From positions 27,307 to 91,306 of the forward strand of contig JAVCBW010000036.1 in the NCBI GenBank assembly GCA_037917675.1: a stretch of DNA of 64,000 nucleotides, written 5' to 3'. Position numbers and translations under genes: made by a program. The stretch comes from Thermoproteota archaeon. Lineage in GTDB: Archaea > Korarchaeota > Korarchaeia > B14-G2. The notes beneath the pieces are model-generated. The model had not been told where the DNA came from. It worked only from the letters and a program-made list of their open reading frames with translations, and did no database searches. This document shows, in pieces, positions 19,828 through 30,188 of the stretch (within the stretch, counting starts at the first letter, position 1; each line of letters begins with the position of its first letter).

Positions 19828-20733
19828 TTGAGAATCATATCCTTCTGGGGTAAAGGTGGTGTAGGCAAGACCACATGCTCAGCTTCTATAGCAGTTCGGC
19901 TAGCTAAAGGTGGCTATAGAGTTCTGCTGGTCACTAGCGACCCCACCCCATCTCTGTCAGATATACTTGGCATCAGCCTTAATCCTCAGCCAAGGGCTGT
20001 GAGCGGCTCTCTGTATGCTGCTGAACTCGATGAGAATGCCATAGTTGAGATGTGGAAGAAGAGATTTGGAGACGAAGTCTATGATGTAGTGTCTTCTTTT
20101 CTACCTGTTGGAGAGGAGATTATAGACTACATTGCTGGAGCTCCTGGCATAGGATTCGAGTTCATGCTCTGGTACATCCTAGACAAGAAGTCCACTGGAG
20201 AGTATGACTTTATAGTCTGGGATACTGCTCCTGCTGGTGGAGCTTTGTCCCTAGTGAAGCTAGAGGAGCAGCTCTACAGTCACTTAAGTGATGCAGCAGC
20301 AATTTACCTGAAGATCAAGTCTACACTAGACAAGATAAGGCGTAAAGAGAAAGCTGATCCCCTCAGGCTGATAAGCAGCTGGAGGAAGCTAGCTGAGGAC
20401 GTGCTGGCCATGCTTGCCTCCCCAGATTTCGAAGCATACATAGTGACTATACCAGAGTGGCTAGGGTATACTCAAGCTAAGCGCATAATGCGAGAGCTAG
20501 CTGCATTCAGCATAAGGGTACGCAAAGTAATAGTTAACCAAGTCTTTCAGAGAGAAGCATGCAACTGCAAGCCTTGGGTCAAGAAGTCAGAAGTGCATGC
20601 CAAGTACCTTAAGCTCCTTCAGAGAGAGTTTGGAGAGAAGCCCGGTATCGCGGTGATACCGATGCTCCCAGAGGACATTCAGGGAGAAGAGAAGCTACTA
20701 AGCTTCTCAGAGTACCTTAAGGGGGTGCTCTGA
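19828..20733 (+). CDS. ArsA/GET3 (TRC40)-family ATPase
   Basis: GKGGVGKTT, TSDPTPSLSD, DTAPAG, C-terminal CxC. Confidence 0.88.
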   Translation: MRIISFWGKGGVGKTTCSASIAVRLAKGGYRVLLVTSDPTPSLSDILGISLNPQPRAVSGSLYAAELDENAIVEMWKKRFGDEVYDVVSSFLPVGEEIIDYIAGAPGIGFEFMLWYILDKKSTGEYDFIVWDTAPAGGALSLVKLEEQLYSHLSDAAAIYLKIKSTLDKIRRKEKADPLRLISSWRKLAEDVLAMLASPDFEAYIVTIPEWLGYTQAKRIMRELAAFSIRVRKVIVNQVFQREACNCKPWVKKSEVHAKYLKLLQREFGEKPGIAVIPMLPEDIQGEEKLLSFSEYLKGVL

Positions 20734-21440
20734 TGACATATGGTCTCTCACGGCAGCTCTGGGTTTCCGTGGAGCTAGCCTTGAGAGACACAATTCCATG
20801 CTATGAGCAGGTAAACAGAGTAATAACTCTAGGGCTCTCAGGCGTCATGAGGTCTAAAGTGCTTGGCTCCCTCCCCCTCAGCCCTGGCTCTAAGGTTCTA
20901 GATATCGGATGTGGCCCAGGCCAGTCTTCTATCATTTTAGAGTCTAAAGTACACCCGGGTGGAGAAGTATGTTGCCTAGATATCCTCCCCGGTATGGTCA
21001 CTTCTCTGAAAGAAGCCTCATCAGGCCTCTCTTTAAGTCCTGTGTTAGCAAAGATGGAGGAGTTGCCTTTTCAAAGCGAGTCTTTTGACTGCGTCGTCTT
21101 CTCATATTCTCTCAGAGACTCCTTAAACCGCATAAGGGCTTTAGCTGAAGCACATAGGGTGCTGAAGCCTAGAGGACTGCTAGCTATACTAGATCTATTC
21201 AAGCCTGAAGTCAGAATATGCCAGGAGCTCCTCTCCATGTATCTCAAAAAACTGGTTCCTCTAGCTGCAATCGCAGTATGCGGCTTGAGAGGCAAAGCTT
21301 GGAGAATGCTTCATCCAACATACCAGCTCATGTGGACTCTAAGCTCTCTCAAGGACGCTCTAGCTAAGGTAGGCTTTGTAGTACTACAGGTCACACGAGC
21401 ACTAGCCTTAGCTGGAGTTGTTGCCAGAAAGGTGGTTTAA
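20733..21440 (+). CDS. UbiE/MenG-family SAM methyltransferase
   Basis: YEQVNRVITLG, VLDIGCGPG, LPFQSESFD, RVLKPRG. Confidence 0.78.
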   Translation: MTYGLSRQLWVSVELALRDTIPCYEQVNRVITLGLSGVMRSKVLGSLPLSPGSKVLDIGCGPGQSSIILESKVHPGGEVCCLDILPGMVTSLKEASSGLSLSPVLAKMEELPFQSESFDCVVFSYSLRDSLNRIRALAEAHRVLKPRGLLAILDLFKPEVRICQELLSMYLKKLVPLAAIAVCGLRGKAWRMLHPTYQLMWTLSSLKDALAKVGFVVLQVTRALALAGVVARKVV

Positions 21441-23125
21441 TGAGGGTCGATGTAGCTCTCATACATCCTCCAAGTGTATATGACTTCAGAGAGCTTCCAT
21501 CTTATGCTGGCCCAATGAGCGAGGTAGTTCCATCACTTTACGTATTCGACATGTACCCCTATGGGTTCCTAACGATCTCAACACATCTAGAGGAAGCTGG
21601 TTTCAGAGTTGGAATATTCAATATAGCTGCAAAGATGCTAGCAGACAGAAAATTCAGCCCAGTCAAGCTCCTTAAGAAGCTGGATGCTGACGTCTATGCG
21701 ATAAGTCTCCACTGGCTTGTCCACGCTCATGGTGCGCTAGAGCTAGCTAAAGTCGTCAAGAGCCTTCACCCAGAGTCTACAGTAGCACTCGGAGGCTTCT
21801 CAGCAACATACTACTGGCAGGAGATAATGTCTCACTACCCCTACGTAGACATCATAGTCAGAGGAGACTCTACAGAGGAAGTAATGAGGCAGCTAGTAGA
21901 GAGGATAAGCCAACACAGAAGCTTAGAAGGAGTTCCCAACATAGTATGGAGAGAAGACAGCAAGGTGAGAGCTGAACCAATATCACACGTCCCCATCGAC
22001 TTCAATAGCAGGATAGACCACTGGATCATAGCTAAGAACCTCCTAAAGACAAGAGACATGGACTTGACATCCCCCTTCTATGGGTTCAAGGAGAAGCCTG
22101 TAACAGCAGTCATCACAGTAAAAGGCTGCACATTCAACTGCATAACATGTGGAGGCTCAGCATCAGCCTTCAGATGCTACCTAAATAGAAGCAGTGTTGC
22201 GCTGAAGCCTCCAGATAAGATAGTGGAGGAAGCTGAGTCTATAGCAAGCATGATATCTGCTCCAATATTCTTTGTCGGAGATCTGAGAATAGGAGGTGAG
22301 GAGAGAGCATTAACTATAGCAAAGGCGCTGAGAGAAGCTGACTTAGGAAACGACCTCTTCTTCGAGCTTTTCTACCCAGCCTCAAGGAGGGTCCTCCAAG
22401 AGCTAAGGAGAGTAGGAGACAGCATATACCTACAAATCTCACCTGAATCGCCAGTAGAGGAAGTTCGAAGAGCATTTGGGAGGCTCTATGGCAACAGTGA
22501 GCTGGAGAAAACGGTGAGAAATGCAGTGCACCTTGGTTTCAAGAGGATAGACCTCTACTTCATGATAGGACTCCCCCTACAGACACCAAGCCATGCTGAC
22601 AAGCCTGCAAGCTACCTGCTACATGTCACGCAGGAGGCTGGCGTCAAAGGGAGAGTAGACGCATTTGTAGCTCCTCTAGCTCCATTCGTTGACCCCGGCA
22701 GCCTAGCTTTTGAGAGCCCAGGCAGCTATGGCTACATGATCCGGTGGAGAACTCTGTCCCAGCACAGAAAGGCCCTGACAGAGGTACACTGGAAGCACTC
22801 TCTAAACTACAGGACAAGCTGGATGAGCAGAGAGGAAATATCTGAGTCCTCAGCGAGAGCAATAGAGGAGATGGCGAAGGCGAAGCTCAGGCTGGAGCTC
22901 ATAACCAGAGATCAATATGAGCTCATATCGAGGAGAGTAGATCTTGACAGGAGGATATCTAGTCTAGCTGCACACATGCATAGAGACGAAGTTTCTGAGG
23001 CCATAAGAGATCTAATCGAAACAGAATACAAGGCTACAGAAGACCTCTACCCGTCAAGAAGATTATCTAGAAGCCTAAGGCTACCACTCCACTTAAAGCT
23101 GCTCGCCAAGCTTCTGATCAGGTAG
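21440..23125 (+). CDS. B12-binding domain radical SAM protein (TIGR04190-like)
   Basis: IHPPSVYDFRE, SLHWLVHAHGA, CTFNCITC. Confidence 0.82.
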   Translation: MRVDVALIHPPSVYDFRELPSYAGPMSEVVPSLYVFDMYPYGFLTISTHLEEAGFRVGIFNIAAKMLADRKFSPVKLLKKLDADVYAISLHWLVHAHGALELAKVVKSLHPESTVALGGFSATYYWQEIMSHYPYVDIIVRGDSTEEVMRQLVERISQHRSLEGVPNIVWREDSKVRAEPISHVPIDFNSRIDHWIIAKNLLKTRDMDLTSPFYGFKEKPVTAVITVKGCTFNCITCGGSASAFRCYLNRSSVALKPPDKIVEEAESIASMISAPIFFVGDLRIGGEERALTIAKALREADLGNDLFFELFYPASRRVLQELRRVGDSIYLQISPESPVEEVRRAFGRLYGNSELEKTVRNAVHLGFKRIDLYFMIGLPLQTPSHADKPASYLLHVTQEAGVKGRVDAFVAPLAPFVDPGSLAFESPGSYGYMIRWRTLSQHRKALTEVHWKHSLNYRTSWMSREEISESSARAIEEMAKAKLRLELITRDQYELISRRVDLDRRISSLAAHMHRDEVSEAIRDLIETEYKATEDLYPSRRLSRSLRLPLHLKLLAKLLIR

Positions 23126-23897
23126 ACTTCTCAAGCCTTCTTCCAATGAATATCACAACAAGATATAGTCCCATAAACGGTATGCTAAGTAGAAGCATAC
23201 TGATGGGAGACGGGTCTGGTGTAAGCACAGCTGTAAGCACCAGGACTACAAGGAATACCTTCCTGACATTACTAGAGAGAGTATTTGTGTCTATCACACC
23301 AGCCTTGAGTAAAACAAGCAGTATAAGCGGGAAGTTAAAGAAGAGGCCTGTAGCCACAACAGCTAAGAATATGAAGTTCATGAAGTCCTTGAGAGTAAAT
23401 ACAGGGGTAGCTCCCCCCTTAACAGCAAGCCACATTATAACCCTAGCAGTGATTGGGACAATTATGTAAAAGGCATAAACTCCTCCCAGAGCAAAGAGCG
23501 AGACAAATCCTAGGACAAAGTAGGTAATCATCTTCTTCTCATGCCTATAAAGGGCGGGGCTAATGTACTTCCAGAGCTCATATGCTACGACAGGAGACGC
23601 TACCAGAAAGCCTAGGACAAGAGAGGTAGTCAGGTATACAGTCAGCACATCCATCCAGCCACCAGCTATGACCTCAGCTCCCTCAGGGAGCATCTTCTCC
23701 TCAAGACAGCTAATCACCTGTGAAACCAAGGTCGTATAGTTCCCTCTATAGCTAGATGGGTCCAAAGGCCTAGCCGGTACGATGCCTACTATGAAGGCTG
23801 CAGCACCAACCACGAGCACTATAACCTTAAGTCTCTCAGAGAGCTCAGTTATATGGTCCCAAATAGGCTTCTCGACATCATACTCCAAGCACTGCAC
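23118..23897 (-). CDS. tatC: Twin-arginine translocase TatC
   Basis: WDHITELSERL, ELWKYISPALY, TPDPSPISM. Confidence 0.93.
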   Translation of the reverse strand: MQCLEYDVEKPIWDHITELSERLKVIVLVVGAAAFIVGIVPARPLDPSSYRGNYTTLVSQVISCLEEKMLPEGAEVIAGGWMDVLTVYLTTSLVLGFLVASPVVAYELWKYISPALYRHEKKMITYFVLGFVSLFALGGVYAFYIIVPITARVIMWLAVKGGATPVFTLKDFMNFIFLAVVATGLFFNFPLILLVLLKAGVIDTNTLSSNVRKVFLVVLVLTAVLTPDPSPISMLLLSIPFMGLYLVVIFIGRRLEKST

Positions 23898-24102
23898 CTC
23901 ATATACCAGAGAACCAATTCTATAAGCAGCATTACCTAAAAAGTTTCTTTAGCTTCACATTATAACTTCCTACATACACTTCATGTCCTACCGGCCCTAA
24001 CAGCCACCAAGTGTTATGATTCTATCAACCACAAAATCATGCCTACTAACCTCTAGCTATCCTAAGCTTATGGCACTTAAGCTGAGAGCTTAGCGTATGC
24101 TA

Positions 24103-24522
24103 CTATATGGATTCCCTAGCGAAGGCATACTGTGTTGTTGTTGGAAGGCTCCTCCTAAGCTTCATGACCTGTGGCCTGTACAATATGAGTTTCTCGTTCC
24201 TAGCTGGCTGAGGAAGAGCGAGGATCTTTGCTATCACCTGCCTCTCAACATCCCCCTCTACCTCATAGGTTCCTCTACCATACTTCGGGTTTATGGTGAG
24301 GATAATAGGAAGCTTCAGTCTGTCATGTAGCTCCTCTGGAACCATCTCAGCTAATCTTTCAAGCTCTCTCTTGTCAAACATGTGGACTGACCCATCTCTA
24401 CAAAGCACCTTTGGGTCCTTCTCGCCTAAAAGCTGTCTTAGCGTCTTAAACTCTGCTGGGAGATGTGCGTTAGCAATGGAGATCAACCTCCTTATAGCCT
24501 GTTCCTCTCCCAGCTTGAACAT
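24103..24522 (-). CDS. DUF61/UPF0216-family protein
   Basis: NAHLP..TLRQLL..RDGSVH..LKLPII..TTTQYAF pattern. Confidence 0.75.
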   Translation of the reverse strand: MFKLGEEQAIRRLISIANAHLPAEFKTLRQLLGEKDPKVLCRDGSVHMFDKRELERLAEMVPEELHDRLKLPIILTINPKYGRGTYEVEGDVERQVIAKILALPQPARNEKLILYRPQVMKLRRSLPTTTQYAFARESI

Positions 24523-24726
24523 ACGATCCCCATAACCACGCTTCTATGCACTTAAAGATTTATCACTCGGCGAGTTGAGAGATATGCTCCAATTGGAAGC
24601 TAGATCCTATCAGTGTAAAGGAGCCTAGGAATACAGCCTCCTAGGAGTCTTCTTGAGGTACTCTGTTATCTCGAAGCTTGCCCGCGAAATCTGAATTTAG
24701 CCTCCTAGCTGCTTTATGGTAGTATC

Positions 24727-25011
24727 ATGGAGGGCGAAAACTCACGGTATGCCCTGTTGCAGTGGTTTCATGTACAGGGCTGAGTATAAGATTGCGATAG
24801 AGCTTCCTGGTGTTGAGAAGGAGGATATCGACCTGTCAGTAACTGAAGAGGACATCTGTCTCTGAGAGAGGATTTAGTGTTCTATGACTGTTGGGCTTTA
24901 GCTCACAGGATAAACATCGAGAGGGCTACTGCAAAGTTCGATGATGGCTTGCTCACTAACCGTGTGCTTCTTAAGGAACCAATTAAGGCTAGGAAGATTA
25001 GGATAGAGTAG
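24727..25011 (+). pseudogene. Hsp20/alpha-crystallin small heat-shock protein pseudogene
   Basis: EYKIAIELPGVEKEDIDLSVTEEDICL* (24782-24865), then in another frame ..ATAKFDDGLLT..KARKIRIE* (ends 25011); two frame breaks. Confidence 0.75.
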
Positions 25012-25468
25012 GCTAACTTTCCTCCCCTTTTTCTTTTAGAGAGAGCTTAGGAGGCTGCACTGCAGCGCTTGCTTTCTAGATGGCCTTTCTAAAGCTGCAG
25101 CAGCTTTAGCAGCATTTTTCTGTGATCTAGCAGGCTATCAGCTTCAGTTCTTCCAAGTATATGTTGATGCTGGCCTGGAGCTGCCTGACACGAGACAGCT
25201 TTCACGCGTGGTTATAGCCTTCTGAACTAGGTGCTATGGCCCCTTCTATAGTATCGTATTAGGTTCTTCCCTTAAACAAGCTCCGAGAGCTCTAAGCTGA
25301 AGTCTCATAAGATCTTTGTGTCCTCCAATCTGCATGTCAACGTTTTATGGCTCTTCGTGCTGAGGTCCCTGTTCTCCTGATGTTGCGTCCTGCTGTCTCT
25401 GCTATGCTGTAGGCAGGGTGGTTTAACTTTTATAAGCTGGTTGCTGAGGCGGCGTCTGGTGGTATTTG

Positions 25469-26083
25469 ATGTCAGTGGAGGTTGCTGGAGACTACCATAA
25501 GATTACAGAGGCGCTCCTTGAGAAGGCTAGGAGTGAGGCTAACGATATAATTAGTGAGGCTAGGAATAGAGCTGAAGCCAAGATTAAGGAGGCTGAGGAG
25601 AGAGCTAAAGCTGAAGCTGAGGTTCTGCTTGAATCCAAGATCAGAGAGGCTGAAAGGGAGGCTGAAAGGCTCCTTATAGATGCAAGGTTCAGAGGTAGGC
25701 AGAAGCTTGCTCAGGCTAGAGAAGAGCTTGTGAAGAAGGTGTTTAAGGAGGCTGAGGAGAGGATTCGAAGGGAATATGGTGGCGAAGCCTTAGAGAACCT
25801 GATGATAAGGTCAATTGAGCTCGCTGGCACAAGCAACCTTATAGCATATGTCAGCGAGTCAGATCTCAATGTTGCAGCTAAGATAGCTGAGAAAATAAAG
25901 AGAGAGCATGGAGTTAGGCTGAAACTCGAGGCTTCTCCTATGGTAAAGGGTGGTATCATAGTCAAATCCACCGACGGGAGAATTGTGGTTGACAACACCC
26001 TTAAAACCAGGATTGAGCAGGCCAAGAAGAGGCTTAGGCCTCTCATCGCTAAGATAATCCTTGAGAAGGCCAAGGTGTCCTGA
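25469..26083 (+). CDS. atpE: A1Ao ATP synthase subunit E
   Basis: Charged coiled-coil N-terminus, GGIIVKSTDGRIVVDNT. Confidence 0.88.
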   Translation: MSVEVAGDYHKITEALLEKARSEANDIISEARNRAEAKIKEAEERAKAEAEVLLESKIREAEREAERLLIDARFRGRQKLAQAREELVKKVFKEAEERIRREYGGEALENLMIRSIELAGTSNLIAYVSESDLNVAAKIAEKIKREHGVRLKLEASPMVKGGIIVKSTDGRIVVDNTLKTRIEQAKKRLRPLIAKIILEKAKVS

Positions 26084-26403
26084 TGAAGATTGTAGTGATA
26101 GGAGACGCTGACACTATAGCCGGCTTCAAGCTAGCTGGTGTGACTGAGGCATATGAGGTAAGTGAAGAGAGCCCTAGGGAGTCAGCTAAGAGAGCTGTCA
26201 GAATGCTGCTCAACAGGAGAGACGTAGCTCTAGTGATCATAACAGAGAAGGCTGCTGAGCTAGCTAGAGAGGAAATAGAGATGTTCAGGGAGAGGATGTA
26301 CCCAATTTTCATAGAGATCCCAGATAGAGGTGGCCCTAGGCTTCCAGCTGAAAGGAAGTATAAGGAGATGATAAAGAGGGCTGTTGGAATAGAAGTAGGC
26401 TGA
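26083..26403 (+). CDS. atpF: A1Ao ATP synthase subunit F
   Basis: MKIVVIGDADTIAGFKLAGV, IKRAVGI. Confidence 0.93.
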   Translation: MKIVVIGDADTIAGFKLAGVTEAYEVSEESPRESAKRAVRMLLNRRDVALVIITEKAAELAREEIEMFRERMYPIFIEIPDRGGPRLPAERKYKEMIKRAVGIEVG

Positions 26404-26414
26404 GGTGAAGCTAA

Positions 26415-27056
26415 GTGGCTGCAGCCAGAGTCAGTCCAACTAGAATGGAGCTTCTGAAGCTTAGAAGAAGGATAGCTCTCGCCAACAGAGCTTACAGGCT
26501 TCTCAGGGAGAAAGAGGAGGCTCTCATAATAGACTTCATGAATCTGCTAAGCGAAGCCAGGGAGAAGAGGAAGAAACTTGAGGAAGCCATTAAGGGAGCT
26601 TTTGAGAAGCTGCTTGTAGCCAATATGGTCATGGGGAACCTTGGGGTCAGGAGAGCTAGCATAGGGCTCAGAGAGGGTATGGAGATTGAAGTGGGCTTCA
26701 GGAACATAATGGGCGTCATAGTGCCTGTTCTAAAGGTAAAAAAGGCTGAGCTAGGTGTTATGGAGAGTGGATATCCCATCATGGATACATCAGCCTACCT
26801 AGATGAGTCCAAGATGGCGTTTGAGGAGGTGCTGGGGTACATCGTCTCCTTGGCTGAGACGGAGAGAGCTCTTGAGCTCCTAGGCAGAGAAATCAGGAGG
26901 ACTAGGAGAAAAGTCAACATCCTAGAGTACATAATACTACCTAGGCTCGAGGCCTCTGCTAAGGAAATAGAGATGAAGCTCGAGGAGCTAGCGAGGGAAG
27001 ACTACTTCAGGCTCAAGCTGATCAAGAGGCTTGTGCTCTCTAAGAGAAGGGCTTAG
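26415..27056 (+). CDS. atpD: A1Ao ATP synthase subunit D
   Basis: PTRMELLKL, RTRRKVNILEY, REDYFRLK. Confidence 0.95.
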   Translation: MAAARVSPTRMELLKLRRRIALANRAYRLLREKEEALIIDFMNLLSEAREKRKKLEEAIKGAFEKLLVANMVMGNLGVRRASIGLREGMEIEVGFRNIMGVIVPVLKVKKAELGVMESGYPIMDTSAYLDESKMAFEEVLGYIVSLAETERALELLGREIRRTRRKVNILEYIILPRLEASAKEIEMKLEELAREDYFRLKLIKRLVLSKRRA

Positions 27057-27145
27057 CTCTACTTCCGCATGTAACTGTAGGCGAAAGAATTATAAGTTAA
27101 TCTCTGAAGCCCCAACCTGAAGAAAGAAGCTTAAAGGAGATTACA

Positions 27146-28825
27146 ATGCTAAAGCCAGTCTCCATGCTTAAGGTCAGAGGCTATATCCCAGTTGAGTGTA
27201 TTGACAGGTTTCTAGCTGCTATAGGAGAGCAGAAGCTTATCGAGCTCAAAGATATGAGAGGCAGGATAGGAAGGAAGCTTGAAGAAAAGGTCAGGCCAAT
27301 AGAGCCCACCGAAAGGCTGTTCAGGCTATCTGCCCTCTCATCTAGAATAGATAGCCTAGCAGCCTCTCTAGGCATCAGTATGGAAGCTGTCAAGGAGACC
27401 AGGAAGAAGGCTTCACCTGAGGTGATAGACGAAGCTGAAAAATACATATCAGAGCTAGAGGCAGAGATCTCCAGCATACAGAGCAGAATAGCAGAGCTAG
27501 AGAGGGAGGCTGAGGAAGAAGAGAAGGCAGTAGAAGAGAGGAGAAGATTAGGAGAGGAGCTTAAGTCGATAGCTAAGGAGAGCAAAGCCAGGTTAATTGA
27601 GTACAAGAGTGCTGTGGAGAGCTTCAGAATAATAGAAGAGGCCAAGACGAAGATGGCTAGCTCTGAAACTGTAGCCGTGTTCGAGGGGTGGGTTCCAGAG
27701 GAGAGTAGGCGAAAGCTGGAGGAGATCGCTGAGAAATGCACTGGAGGAAAGTATGTGCTAGAGTTCACCAAACCACAGCTTGAGCACGGGCATCATGCTG
27801 AGAAGCCTCCAACGCTTCTCAAGAACCCGAGTGTAGTTCGCGTTATAGAGGCTCTTGTAAGAAGCTATGGAACACCCAACTACTTCGAAATAGACCCGTC
27901 TATACTCTGGTTCTTCACGTTTCCAGTGATATTCGGAATGATGTTCGGTGACCTAGGCCACGGCCTTGCTCTCACAGTCCTCGCTTCCATAGCTTACCTA
28001 CTGAAGAGAAGAGGGTTTGAGGGTGGAGGAGAGATCATAAGATACGTGCTAGAGGGCTCTACATTCTTCATACTAGGAGGGTTGGCAGCTATGTTCTTTG
28101 GCTTCGTCTACGGTGAGGTGTTAGGCCACCATCTTCATGAGGTATTCCATAGCGAAGCTCTAGAGAGCACAAGAGAAAAGCTCCTACAAATGCTAGGCTT
28201 CCCATCACACTGGTCTCCAGCTGAGGATCCCATGCCTCTCCTAAAGTTCTCCGTTTACATAGCCATACTACACATCCTAGCGGGTCTCATCCTGGGACTG
28301 ATTAACAAGCTTAAGATGAGAGAGCTGAACGAAGCTGTAGCAGGTCCACTTGTGTGGATATGGCTTTACTTAGGTGGCGTCTACCTTTTCTTCAAGCATG
28401 GGATAGGGGCCTTCATGGCTGCCTTTGATTTCAGAGAGAGTTTCCCATTCCTGTGGCTTCCATTCATAGTAATGCTGATACTAAAGATGAGGGTTCTAGG
28501 TGTTACAGAGGGATTTGGTGAAGCACTTGACTCTCTGTTAGCATCGCTATCTAACACTATATCCTACTCAAGAATCTTTGCATTTGAGATGATACATGTA
28601 GTGCTAAGTAAGCTCTTTGTGGATGTGACCAGGAGCCTCTCATGGATAGGCCCATTCACGATAGGTGCTATAGTAGGAACACTGTTCTTCGTTTTCTTCG
28701 AGGTGGTCTTCGTCTTCTTCCAGGATCTAAGGCTTCACTGGGTGGAGCACGGTCTAAAGTTCTATCATGGTGATGGCGTCGAGTTTAAGCCACTAGCAAC
28801 ATCTACGCCTATCAGCATACCATAG
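27146..28825 (+). CDS. atpI: A1Ao ATP synthase subunit I (a)
   Basis: EIDPS, FGMMFGDLGHG, SYSRIFA, LRLHWVE. Confidence 0.93.
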   Translation: MLKPVSMLKVRGYIPVECIDRFLAAIGEQKLIELKDMRGRIGRKLEEKVRPIEPTERLFRLSALSSRIDSLAASLGISMEAVKETRKKASPEVIDEAEKYISELEAEISSIQSRIAELEREAEEEEKAVEERRRLGEELKSIAKESKARLIEYKSAVESFRIIEEAKTKMASSETVAVFEGWVPEESRRKLEEIAEKCTGGKYVLEFTKPQLEHGHHAEKPPTLLKNPSVVRVIEALVRSYGTPNYFEIDPSILWFFTFPVIFGMMFGDLGHGLALTVLASIAYLLKRRGFEGGGEIIRYVLEGSTFFILGGLAAMFFGFVYGEVLGHHLHEVFHSEALESTREKLLQMLGFPSHWSPAEDPMPLLKFSVYIAILHILAGLILGLINKLKMRELNEAVAGPLVWIWLYLGGVYLFFKHGIGAFMAAFDFRESFPFLWLPFIVMLILKMRVLGVTEGFGEALDSLLASLSNTISYSRIFAFEMIHVVLSKLFVDVTRSLSWIGPFTIGAIVGTLFFVFFEVVFVFFQDLRLHWVEHGLKFYHGDGVEFKPLATSTPISIP

Positions 28826-28830
28826 CAAAA

Positions 28831-29715
28831 CTACATTACCATAAGCTTTAGAGCTTCTCCTCCCCTTATTCCTCTCATCAGCTTAATGAATGCTATGTTT
28901 AGGTTATAGCACTCAATCCAAGATAGAAGTATCATGCTAAGGGCAAGTGATGGCTGGAATGGATAGCTCACAAGTGGTATATTAGCTACTAACCTTACTC
29001 TTCTCAAGAACCCAAGATCTCCCTCAGGAACCTGCCTTGATACAAGTTTGCTAATCAAGCTACTCGGGATCCCCCTTAGGTACCTTGTGTTCTTTATGGA
29101 GGAGGTTACATAGTATGATAAGGCATCTTCTGCCGCTTTCTCCAATCCAGCAAGCAATCTATCAACTCCTCCATTCACAGAGCTCCCTCTAGCTAGCCTT
29201 CTGACAGAGTTAACAGTCTTTAAGACCACATAGTAATGTAGCCCATGTGCCTGCTCAACTTCTAGCATCATCCTCTTCTCCTCTTCACTCAGCTTCACTC
29301 CTAGCAGAGCTGTTGCCTGTAGTGGAGGCAATTTGAGAAGCATGCTTCTCTTAACCCTATAAGGAGGTATCACCATGGCCTCTGAGGTAAAGCTTCTCTC
29401 TATTCTAGCCTTAATAGCTGATGATATGCACCATATGCCTAACACTCTCCTAAACTCCTCTATAAGCTCTTTCCCTAGCGGTATGTTGTCGACTATAAAG
29501 TCGAGTGTTTCTGAAAACTGATACATGAGCTTATCGTTAAGCTCCTCTATACTCTTAGCAAAGGAAAGCTCTCTGTACTTGGTTCTGGCCAGGGTTACCT
29601 GCAGCTCTCGCAGGTCTTTGCAGCCCAATACACTCTTATAATCACTTTCATCAAGTAGTTTACCGATCTGAGCTCTCAGTCTAGATGCGAAGTAGCTGTA
29701 GCTCCCACTTTTCAC
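28831..29715 (-). CDS. Divergent A/V-ATPase subunit C-like protein
   Basis: YSYFASRLRAQIGKLL..TKY and C-terminal YPFQ..E..NL pattern shared with the 30189-31235 product. Confidence 0.6.
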   Translation of the reverse strand: MKSGSYSYFASRLRAQIGKLLDESDYKSVLGCKDLRELQVTLARTKYRELSFAKSIEELNDKLMYQFSETLDFIVDNIPLGKELIEEFRRVLGIWCISSAIKARIERSFTSEAMVIPPYRVKRSMLLKLPPLQATALLGVKLSEEEKRMMLEVEQAHGLHYYVVLKTVNSVRRLARGSSVNGGVDRLLAGLEKAAEDALSYYVTSSIKNTRYLRGIPSSLISKLVSRQVPEGDLGFLRRVRLVANIPLVSYPFQPSLALSMILLSWIECYNLNIAFIKLMRGIRGGEALKLMVM

Positions 29716-29913
29716 CTATCTCCCCTTTGAGATAAGCTCCCTCTTCAGAATTATTCCCCACATTAGAATTGTGCCACATATTGTGCCAATTAGCACCCCT
29801 ATTCCCGGATGGTAGTTCAGCCTCTTAGCTAAGTAGTAGCCGACCATAGCTAAGGCGAGTATATCAAATGGTAGCGTAAAGTACCACATTGCCTTAGCCA
29901 TCTCACCGCTCAA
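29716..29913 (-). CDS. Small 2-TM protein, AtpZ/ATPase gene1-like
   Basis: VGYYLAKRL..GVLIGTICG glycine-rich TM pattern inside the ATPase cluster. Confidence 0.6.
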   Translation of the reverse strand: MSGEMAKAMWYFTLPFDILALAMVGYYLAKRLNYHPGIGVLIGTICGTILMWGIILKRELISKGR

Positions 29914-29943
29914 GATACCCCCTCAATAGGGATTCAGGTAAGC

Positions 29944-29950
29944 TTTTAAA
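29944..29950. promoter_or_regulatory. Probable bidirectional TATA box
   Basis: TTTTAAA between divergent starts at 29913 (-) and 29975 (+). Confidence 0.5.
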
Positions 29951-29974
29951 GATTCAGACATGTGGTAGGCCGCC

Positions 29975-30184
29975 ATGCGTAGAGAGTTGCTTATCCTAGT
30001 GAAAACTCTCATATTAGGCCTCGAACTTCCAGCTTTGGTTATAGTCGGCGTTTTAATAGGATTGCTTGTTGGGAGAAAGATCTCTCTCATAGCTGCATTT
30101 ATATTATCTCTCATAGGAGGCTTTGTTGGTCTTGCTATGGGTATTCTCCTATTCCTCAAACTAGTAAGATACGTAGTGAGGTGA
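29975..30184 (+). CDS. Small 2-TM protein, AtpZ/ATPase gene1-like
   Basis: ELPALVIVGVLIGLLVG..LIGGFVG; directly upstream of subunit C. Confidence 0.6.
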   Translation: MRRELLILVKTLILGLELPALVIVGVLIGLLVGRKISLIAAFILSLIGGFVGLAMGILLFLKLVRYVVR

Positions 30185-30188
30185 TAAT

